A program made the position numbers and the translations under genes. From a virus: a DNA stretch of 6,070 bases. The stretch is taken from the IMG/VR virus record IMGVR_UViG_3300020041_000027, positions 1 through 6,070 of that record, one strand, 5' to 3'. A model generated the notes under the pieces. That model was not told the DNA's origin and did no database searches. It was given only the letters and a program-made list of their open reading frames with translations. Positions 1 to 5,016 of this stretch are shown one piece after another. Position 1 is the first letter of the stretch, and every line of letters starts with the position of its first letter.

Positions 1-120
1 CTGTAAAGGTTCCCCTGGTTGACGATAAAGGTAAGCCTACTGGGGAGTTCGAAGAGATTACAGGTCGTGAGTATTATTCTTACCTCCGTGGTCTTGATGT
101 TGGCGAAGGTCGTCAGAGCC
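1..120. repeat. Left copy of an exact 120-nt direct terminal repeat (identical to 5951..6070). This is the overlap of a circular genome with unit length 5950 nt.
   Basis: A base-by-base comparison of 1..120 with 5951..6070 shows no mismatch. An ORF reads in phase through the junction. Confidence 0.95.
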
Positions 121-410
121 TGTCCGGTAACTGGTTTACAATTCGTAAGGACAAGAACGCCCTGTTTTATGATGTTACAAAGGCTTTTGCTACTGCCGCA
201 GGTATCGCGGGTGCTTCCTATGCTGGTCGCAAGGCCGCAGGCCCTGCCGGTCCTGAAGGTTACGAAGAGTTGAGAGAATTTTACGGGCCTAACGGTGATA
301 GAGAAGGTGCTGCATATGCCCGCCGTACCTATCATGGGAGAAATTGAACATCTTTTTCGACTTTTTGAACTTTGCGGATTGTTTGTTTTTGCTTATCTTT
401 ACATCGTAAA
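1..410 (+). CDS. VP2: 3' portion of the VP2-like DNA pilot / minor capsid protein (continues from 5017..5950 across the circular junction)
   Basis: The frame with codons at 3, 6, 9... is open from the window start to TAA 408..410. It is the in-phase continuation of the ORF that starts at ATG 5017. The joined ORF is 1344 nt, giving 447 aa. The ORF track misses it because it has no start codon inside this end of the window. The last ~36 codons (300..407) have atypical composition; see findings. Confidence 0.8.
372..402 (+). promoter_or_regulatory. Candidate Bacteroidota-type promoter: TTTG (372..375), a 19-nt spacer, then TATCTTTA (395..402), which resembles the -7 consensus TAnnTTTG
   Basis: The motif was read directly in the T-rich spacer upstream of ATG 428. 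It is an imperfect match because the last G is an A. It also overlaps the as-sequenced VP2 tail. Confidence 0.25.
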
Positions 411-427
411 CCAATAACCTCATTATC

Positions 428-748
428 ATGAAAAAGACTAGAGTTTCAACTATCTCCGAATTGTCAACTGACGCTGTAGATTACCTGTTCGTCGAGTGGC
501 TTTGCCGTCGAGGTGTATTTTCTGCTTATAGATCAAACTGCGGGTTTGATAAGCAGCACAATAAATCATTTCGAACTGTGATTCGTTCTCGAATTCGAAG
601 TGCATTGCATTCGTCTTATTCAGGTATAGGTGATCTTATTTCTATGAGTTTCATGTTCGCTCGCACACCCGAAGGCTATGCCTTTTGGATTGAGCAGTCT
701 TTCGCTTGGCGTCGTTTTTGCGCTGACTTTCAAAATAATTTTAAATAA
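428..748 (+). CDS. Hypothetical protein, 106 aa (ORFan), with a Trp/Phe-rich C-terminal motif FARTPEGYAFWIEQSFAWRRF
   Basis: ATG 428 lies 17 nt after the VP2 stop, and the ORF ends at TAA 746..748. It is on the same strand as all recognisable genes and is tightly packed. I recognise no family. Confidence 0.6.
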   Translation: MKKTRVSTISELSTDAVDYLFVEWLCRRGVFSAYRSNCGFDKQHNKSFRTVIRSRIRSALHSSYSGIGDLISMSFMFARTPEGYAFWIEQSFAWRRFCADFQNNFK

Positions 749-755
749 TATCGTT

Positions 756-1079
756 ATGACACAAATTCATGTTGTTATTCGTCGCATTAACCCTGCCTTT
801 AAGATTGATCTTGTCCAGGCAGGCTACATTGAAAATGGACAGTTCTCGGCGCTTTCTATTGATGCCCTTAAACGTACCCCCATTTCTTCCTACGTCGAGT
901 ATTCCAGTATTGCTGATTCTCCCTATATTGAGCATTGTTCTGTTTTTGGTCTCATAAGCGCCTTGAGTGCGTATCCAAATTTTAATGTCGAGTTTTTCGA
1001 TAATACACTTGTTCTTATGTTTGACTTTGATTTGATTTCCGATGAAGGCGCGTCGCAGGAAGAAGGGAAAGGGAACTAG
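756..1079 (+). CDS. Hypothetical protein, 107 aa (ORFan), with an acidic C-terminus
   Basis: ATG 756 lies 7 nt after the preceding stop, and the ORF ends at TAG 1077..1079. The track ORF 678..1079 starts earlier at a non-ATG codon inside the upstream gene, so ATG 756 is preferred. An intrinsic terminator follows ~45 nt downstream. Confidence 0.6.
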   Translation: MTQIHVVIRRINPAFKIDLVQAGYIENGQFSALSIDALKRTPISSYVEYSSIADSPYIEHCSVFGLISALSAYPNFNVEFFDNTLVLMFDFDLISDEGASQEEGKGN

Positions 1080-1124
1080 AGTAGTAACCCGCCCGCTCGG
1101 TGGAAAAGTTCTTTGACTTACCAG

Positions 1125-1161
1125 GCCCCAGGAGACACTCCTTTCTCCTGCGGGCTTTTTT
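1125..1161 (+). terminator. Rho-independent terminator
   Basis: The stem GCCCCAGGAGA (1125..1135) pairs with TCTCCTG-C-GGGC (1144..1155): 11 bp with one bulged C (1151). The loop is 8 nt (1136..1143). The stem is followed immediately by TTTTTT (1156..1161). It sits just after the stop of ORF 756..1079. Confidence 0.7.
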
Positions 1162-1165
1162 GTCC

Positions 1166-1180
1166 ACCGGCTTTGCCGGT
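1166..1180 (+). other. Short GC-rich hairpin (ACCGGC-TTT-GCCGGT)
   Basis: A perfect 6-bp inverted repeat with a 3-nt loop, read directly. It lies in the non-coding region. Confidence 0.5.
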
Positions 1181-1207
1181 ATATCCCCAACGAAGTGAAG
1201 CCATGGA

Positions 1208-1249
1208 GGCCGAAGACGCGCAGCGTCCCAGCCGTTAAGGCTGTCGGCC
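1208..1249 (+). other. Predicted 42-nt three-way junction in the non-coding region
   Basis: The outer stem is GGCCGA (1208..1213) paired with TCGGCC (1244..1249). It encloses two hairpins: GACGC-GCA-GCGTC (1215..1227) and CAGCC-GTTAA-GGCTG (1229..1243). The linkers are single nucleotides (A1214, C1228). All pairs are Watson-Crick. Confidence 0.5.
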
Positions 1250-1269
1250 GGCGAAACGTAGTAGTTTTC

Positions 1270-1298
1270 GCGTTCGAAAGTACCGTCTTTCGAAGCGC
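1270..1298 (+). other. Imperfect palindrome / hairpin with 11-6-12 architecture (GCGTTCGAAAG TACCGT CTTTCGAAGCGC)
   Basis: The arms form 11 bp with one bulged G (1295) around the 6-nt centre TACCGT (1281..1286). The element lies 19 nt upstream of ORF 1317 and about 220 nt upstream of the Rep gene. Confidence 0.55.
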
Positions 1299-1316
1299 AA
1301 AGTAATCTTTTTAATT

Positions 1317-1517
1317 ATGGATTATTTCGATTTTCGTCCTAGATTTTCCCCTACTATCAATAGCACTCCTCATCGCTATTCTATTGGCGCATATCGAGGT
1401 AGGAAGCGAGTTGTTATTGCTTGGTTTGCTGATGAATCTTCTGCGAGAGATTATCTTGTTCGTTGTCGCTTTGACCACCCTAGTATTAAATTTGATTGTC
1501 TTCATAGTATTTTCTAA
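1317..1517 (+). CDS. Small basic hypothetical protein, 66 aa, overlapping the Rep start
   Basis: ATG 1317 is the first start after the non-coding region. The stop TAA 1515..1517 shares A1517 with the Rep ATG 1517..1519 (a TAATG overlap). The protein has 11 Arg/Lys against 7 Asp/Glu. I recognise no family. Confidence 0.55.
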   Translation: MDYFDFRPRFSPTINSTPHRYSIGAYRGRKRVVIAWFADESSARDYLVRCRFDHPSIKFDCLHSIF

Positions 1518-2587
1518 TGCCTTGTTCATCTCCCATATGGATACGCAATCGTCGCTATTTTGACAAGAAGAATCCTTGCCGGAATGGTTCTGATGTTGCT
1601 AAATCGGCTTTAGCTCTTCGTCCCTGGGACATCGCCCGCCAGTGGCTGATGGTCCCTTGTGGAAAGTGTGAAGACTGCTTGCGTCGTCAGCGCAATGATT
1701 GGTTTGTCCGGCTGGAGCGTGAACTCGCCTACTGCAAGGCCAATTATCAGCAGGCCATTTTTATTACGATAACTATTGCTCCGAAGTATTATAATGAAGC
1801 CTTGCTCGACCCCTCTCGGTTCATCCGCCGTTTCAATGAGCGTTTGCGGCATAAACTCGGCCATTCGTTCAAGCATGCCTTTTTCCAGGAGTTCGGCACT
1901 CATCCGGAGATGGGAAATGAACCTCGGTTACATTTCCATGGCTTTCTGTTTGGCACAAACGTTCTCTATAATACTATTCGTGCTGCCGTTCGAGACCTTG
2001 GTTTTGTGTGGCTGGGGAAGGCTACCCATAAACGCGCTCGCTATTGCGTAAAGTATGTTACTAAACAAATTCAATTTAACCCCGAAGAAATTTCGGATAA
2101 ATATGTTACCATAGATGGAAAGTTTACACCTTTATCTTGCCTCCTCCAGCATCGCCGCTATACGAGAAAATTCGTATCTGCTGGCGTTGGTGATTTTCTT
2201 GGCTATATGCCTCGTCCTTCTGCTCGTGTTTCGTCGTGGTCTTATTTTGATTTTTCGAAGAATATCAATTATAACTACGCGATTCCTCGATACTACCTTA
2301 AATATCTTAAACCGGAGGACGAAGCCGTACGTTCGATTGCCGCTGCTGACGCTTATGCACGTTTTAGCCAGTCTCCTTTGGTTAAGCGTATTGTGTCTTT
2401 GTGTGTTGAGCGGTTCAACCTCAATTCCGCCGTATCCCGTAGAGCATCATACACGTGGGAACAAAAGCAAGTAATGCGCTTTTCTGCCTCCTCTCGGAAG
2501 ATGCCCGATTTCGACCCTCCTACTTGGTTGGACCTGGATATTCTTCAGTTTTGGAGAGATTATTATAAACTTCAGTTAAACATTTAA
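1517..2587 (+). CDS. VP4: Replication initiator protein (Microviridae VP4 / phiX174 A-like HUH rolling-circle endonuclease), 356 aa
   Basis: CGKCEDC plus RNDW at 1658..1705 is typical of the microvirus VP4 N-terminus. Motif I is FITITI (1760..1777). The HUH motif is LHFHGFLF, with H-F-H at 1931..1939. The catalytic Tyr motif is YCVKYVTK (2042..2065), fitting YxxKY. Confidence 0.93.
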   Translation: MPCSSPIWIRNRRYFDKKNPCRNGSDVAKSALALRPWDIARQWLMVPCGKCEDCLRRQRNDWFVRLERELAYCKANYQQAIFITITIAPKYYNEALLDPSRFIRRFNERLRHKLGHSFKHAFFQEFGTHPEMGNEPRLHFHGFLFGTNVLYNTIRAAVRDLGFVWLGKATHKRARYCVKYVTKQIQFNPEEISDKYVTIDGKFTPLSCLLQHRRYTRKFVSAGVGDFLGYMPRPSARVSSWSYFDFSKNINYNYAIPRYYLKYLKPEDEAVRSIAAADAYARFSQSPLVKRIVSLCVERFNLNSAVSRRASYTWEQKQVMRFSASSRKMPDFDPPTWLDLDILQFWRDYYKLQLNI

Positions 2588-2590
2588 TTT

Positions 2591-4381
2591 ATGGGAAAAC
2601 AACCTTTTATCTCACACGCTGTAAATGGCTACTCTCGGTACGATGTTCCTGAGAGTAAGGCCTTTACGTGTACACCGGGTATTTTATATCCTGTGCGAAT
2701 CGATTTTATTAATGCTCGTGACCGTGTATCTATCGAGCAGGGTATTGATGTTCGTAGTAATCCCCTTGCTGTTCCGACATTCAATCCCTACACTGTTCGT
2801 TTGCATCGTTTTTGGGTGCCGCTTCAGTTGTATCACCCCGAGATGAGGACGAATAGCAGTAAGTTTGATATGAACAATTTGAGTTTGAATTTTATTGCCG
2901 CTTCTTCTACTGGTTCGTATGAATTTACGTCAAATAATTATCCTTATTCTAATTCGCTGCTTCGTTGGTTGCGTGTTATTCCCTCGTCTATACCGACTCC
3001 GACCTCGAGTAATGTTCCGGTGTCTGCTAATCTTACAACTGCCCAGTTGGGGTATCCTTTAGGCTGGTGCACTGCCGATTCTTATCTTGCTTATTGGGAC
3101 ATTGTTCGCAATTACTACGGTTATTCCCAGTGGGGACTCTATTCTTTCGCTTGGCCTAGTAGTTGGTATTTCATCCCCAATAGCACCGGTGTCGCGTATA
3201 ATACTCTTCAGTTCAGTGACACGCCGACGTTTTTCTCGCAAAGATTCGGAAGTCTCGAATTCCTCGATGCTTATTTTGAGAGTCAGTTCTATCCTTCGTC
3301 TGTGTCGTCGTCGAACAATACATATAATAGAGGAAATCTCTTTTCTCAGATATTGCTTTCAGACCTTGGTACTACAATTACCGCGTCTAAGGATGGTTAC
3401 CCTGTTTCTACCATCTATCCCGGAAATACTGCGCTGACTGCTGCGGGTCCTGCAAATCAATTCGCTACTGGCGCTGCCGCTACGACTGTTACTACGCTTG
3501 GTTCGTTCCTTGTCGCCCATCCGATGGCCGTTATACCTTCGAATCCTGACCGCTATAGTCGATTGCTTCCTGTTGGTAGCTCCGACAGTGTCTCCATGTC
3601 CGGCGTCTCGACCATACCGCAGTTGGCTATTGCTTCGCGGCTTCAGGAATACAAGGACCTGCTTGGCGCTGGAGGTTCGCGTTATAGTGACTGGTTGGAG
3701 ACCTTTTTTGCTTCTAAAATCGAGCACGTAGACCGTCCTAAGCTTCTCTTTAGCGCTTCGCAGACTGTTAATGTTCAGATTGTTATGAATCAGGCTGGAC
3801 AAAATAATTTTACTAGTGATGGCGTTAATGGTCCCCTTGGACAGCAGGGTGGTGCTATCGCATTCAACGAACGTCTTGGTCGTCGTCAGTCTTACTATTT
3901 CCGCGAACCTGGCTATATGATTGATATGCTGAGCATTCGCCCCGTCTACTATTGGGCAGGTGTTTACCCTGACTATCTCCATTATACTGGTGCCGATTAT
4001 TTTAATCCGATTTATAATGATATTGGATATCAGGATGTTCCCGGATTCCAATTCGGATTCGGAACCACCTCGGCCTCTGAGGCAGTGGCCTACGAACCGT
4101 GTTTCAATGAGTTTCGGTCCTCGTTTGATGAGGTTCTTGGTCAACTGTCTCGATTCCAAAAAGCCTCTACCGGTATCCCTCTTTATTCTTATTGGGTTCA
4201 ACAGCGTGTTCTGTCGGCGAGTTATAATCAGTATTATTCCCTTTTGTTCGTGGATATTAATCAGGTAAATTCTCCGTTTGCCTCCAAGATGGAAGATAAC
4301 TTTTTTGTCAATCTTTCGTATTCTGTTCAAAAGAAGAATTTGGTCAACAAAACATTTGCTACCCGTTTGTCTAATCGCTAA
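2591..4381 (+). CDS. VP1: Major capsid protein (Microviridae VP1 / phiX174 F-like), 596 aa
   Basis: It is the longest ORF, and its ATG lies 3 nt after the Rep stop. The N-terminal block is RYDVPESKAFTCTPGILYPV...VRLHRFWVPLQLY, which fits the family pattern (fdls..k.t...G.L.P....FFVP.R). LGAGGSRYSDWLETFF (3662..3709) matches the conserved GGsRY.e....FG block. VAYEPCFNEFRSSFDEVLGQL matches the C-proximal EYR....vsG.f block. Confidence 0.95.
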   Translation: MGKQPFISHAVNGYSRYDVPESKAFTCTPGILYPVRIDFINARDRVSIEQGIDVRSNPLAVPTFNPYTVRLHRFWVPLQLYHPEMRTNSSKFDMNNLSLNFIAASSTGSYEFTSNNYPYSNSLLRWLRVIPSSIPTPTSSNVPVSANLTTAQLGYPLGWCTADSYLAYWDIVRNYYGYSQWGLYSFAWPSSWYFIPNSTGVAYNTLQFSDTPTFFSQRFGSLEFLDAYFESQFYPSSVSSSNNTYNRGNLFSQILLSDLGTTITASKDGYPVSTIYPGNTALTAAGPANQFATGAAATTVTTLGSFLVAHPMAVIPSNPDRYSRLLPVGSSDSVSMSGVSTIPQLAIASRLQEYKDLLGAGGSRYSDWLETFFASKIEHVDRPKLLFSASQTVNVQIVMNQAGQNNFTSDGVNGPLGQQGGAIAFNERLGRRQSYYFREPGYMIDMLSIRPVYYWAGVYPDYLHYTGADYFNPIYNDIGYQDVPGFQFGFGTTSASEAVAYEPCFNEFRSSFDEVLGQLSRFQKASTGIPLYSYWVQQRVLSASYNQYYSLLFVDINQVNSPFASKMEDNFFVNLSYSVQKKNLVNKTFATRLSNR

Positions 4382-4393
4382 TACATTAATTTT

Positions 4394-4690
4394 ATGGCAC
4401 TCGATTGGCTTCTTGAAGACGCTCCCGCCTATGTTTCTCGCGGTCAACGTATCCTTTCTGTTCTCGATGGTTCCGGTTCTGTCGATGTTCTTCCTGGTCG
4501 TCCGGATGTGGTGGTAGCACCGGCTGACTTTGATAAGGGTGAAAGGTTTAACCCCGAGATTGATTTCGATCCTAATTCATTCTCTCGTATGGATAAGTTT
4601 GACGGCCTCGAGGTTGGACAGGAACTTATTGATTCAGAGTTAGATAGGTCGAAGCCTACTTCTAAATCTTCCAATTCTGAAGAAAAATAG
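4394..4690 (+). CDS. Small acidic hypothetical protein, 98 aa; possible internal scaffolding (VP3-like) protein
   Basis: ATG 4394 lies 12 nt after the VP1 stop, and the ORF ends at TAG 4688..4690. By my count it has about 21 Asp/Glu against 11 Arg/Lys. The function is guessed from size, charge and its position next to the capsid gene only. Confidence 0.6.
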   Translation: MALDWLLEDAPAYVSRGQRILSVLDGSGSVDVLPGRPDVVVAPADFDKGERFNPEIDFDPNSFSRMDKFDGLEVGQELIDSELDRSKPTSKSSNSEEK

Positions 4691-4721
4691 TATATCCTTT
4701 ACTTGACGATATATGTTACGT

Positions 4722-4798
4722 GCGCGGACCCCTCTTGCAAGAGTTCGTGAATTGCTAGAGGTTATTGGTAACGACTGCAGGAGAGGCCGCGCATTTTT
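4722..4798 (+). other. Structured spacer: a GC clamp, an internal perfect palindrome and a T-run
   Basis: GCGCGG (4722..4727) pairs with CCGCGC (4787..4792). CCTCT (4731..4735) can pair with AGAGG (4782..4786). The perfect 12-nt palindrome CTCTTGCAAGAG (4732..4743) competes for the same bases. The 3' arm is followed by A-TTTTT (4793..4798). Confidence 0.4.
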
Positions 4799-4823
4799 CT
4801 ATCGTTCTTTAAATTCTACTATC

Positions 4824-5015
4824 ATGTCTGATACTAAACAACCCTTTTACAAATCGAAAGCCTTTTGGACGCTCGTCTCGTCCATTGTCGCTGCTTTGGC
4901 TGCCTTTTTCTTGTCCTCGTGTTCCGCACAGGCTAAAGTTTACCGCAATGGTGTTCACATCGACACTGTTCGTGTAGATTATATCATTCGCTCGAACAAC
5001 TTTTCGCTTCCGTAG
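4824..5015 (+). CDS. Predicted small lipoprotein, 63-aa precursor and about 30-aa mature peptide
   Basis: The sequence is MSDTKQPFYKSK (Lys-containing n-region), then AFWTLVSSIVAALAAFF (hydrophobic core), then the lipobox L-S-S-C with Cys33 at 4920..4922. The stop TAG 5013..5015 lies 1 nt before the VP2 ATG. The track ORF starts at ATG 4713. ATG 4824 is preferred because it places the signal peptide at the N-terminus. Confidence 0.6.
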   Translation: MSDTKQPFYKSKAFWTLVSSIVAALAAFFLSSCSAQAKVYRNGVHIDTVRVDYIIRSNNFSLP

Positions 5016-5016
5016 T

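Noticed and set aside
678-755. An upstream extension of ORF 756..1079 to the track start at 678
   Set aside because: It would overlap the 3' end of ORF 428..748 by 71 nt and uses a non-ATG start. ATG 756 sits 7 nt after the preceding stop, which fits the compact packing seen at the other gene junctions.
769-957. Nested same-strand ORFs in alternative frames (769..957, 1776..2051, 3087..3437, 3498..3731, 3960..4268, 5183..5383, 5411..5608)
   Set aside because: They lie inside better-supported genes and show no motifs. Most are the hydrophobic or Arg/Ser-rich products expected from off-frame reading of a T-rich, NNT-biased coding strand.
741-1190. Other minus-strand ORFs (741..1190, 1311..1529, 1610..1903, 3059..3241, 4444..4674, 4984..5208, 5289..5627, 5605..5922)
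   Set aside because: All are antisense to better-supported + strand genes or run through the terminator and hairpin region. Their compositions mirror the sense strand. For example, 5289..5627 is Pro/Glu/Ala-rich because it is antisense to the Gly/Ser/Ala-rich VP2 segment. No family motifs were seen.
1203-1238. An 11-codon mini-ORF, ATG GAG GCC GAA GAC GCG CAG CGT CCC AGC CGT TAA
   Set aside because: It is too short, and it lies entirely within the predicted three-way junction. Its GC-rich codons are unlike the rest of the genome.
1166-1300. A possible tRNA or tRNA-like element in the GC-rich region (a GTTCGAA T-loop-like string at 1272..1278 and multiple stems)
   Set aside because: The GTTCGAA string lies in a stem, not in a 7-nt loop closed by a 5-bp T-stem. 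The stems form a 3-way rather than a 4-way junction. No acceptor stem or anticodon arm geometry can be built.
1481-1512. TAGTATTAA (1481..1489), which resembles the circovirus/nanovirus nonanucleotide TAGTATTAC, plus a second TAGTATT at 1505..1511 just upstream of Rep
   Set aside because: There is no flanking inverted repeat to present it in a hairpin loop, and it lies inside ORF66. A 7-mer repeated within about 30 nt is expected by chance several times in a 6-kb AT-rich genome. Microvirus A/VP4-type Reps are not known to use the CRESS-type nonamer.
3359-4447. A 362-aa minus-strand ORF antisense to the 3' two-thirds of VP1
   Set aside because: It is codon-aligned with the VP1 frame. It stays open simply because this part of VP1 avoids the TTA, CTA and TCA codons, which are the reverse complements of stop codons. 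The translation is Arg/Ile/Asn/Ser-rich and looks low-complexity. Every recognisable gene is on the + strand, as expected for Microviridae.
4709-4727. A weak resemblance of ATATATGTTACGTGCGCGG to the reverse complement of E. coli dif (ATATACATTATGCGCACC)
   Set aside because: The alignment needs an indel and several mismatches, and there is no 11-6-11 palindromic architecture at this position. The likely host is not an enterobacterium.
4703-4731. TTGACG (4703..4708) as a sigma70-type -35 box
   Set aside because: No acceptable TATAAT-like -10 sits 16 to 18 nt downstream, where the sequence is GC-rich (GCGCGGAC).
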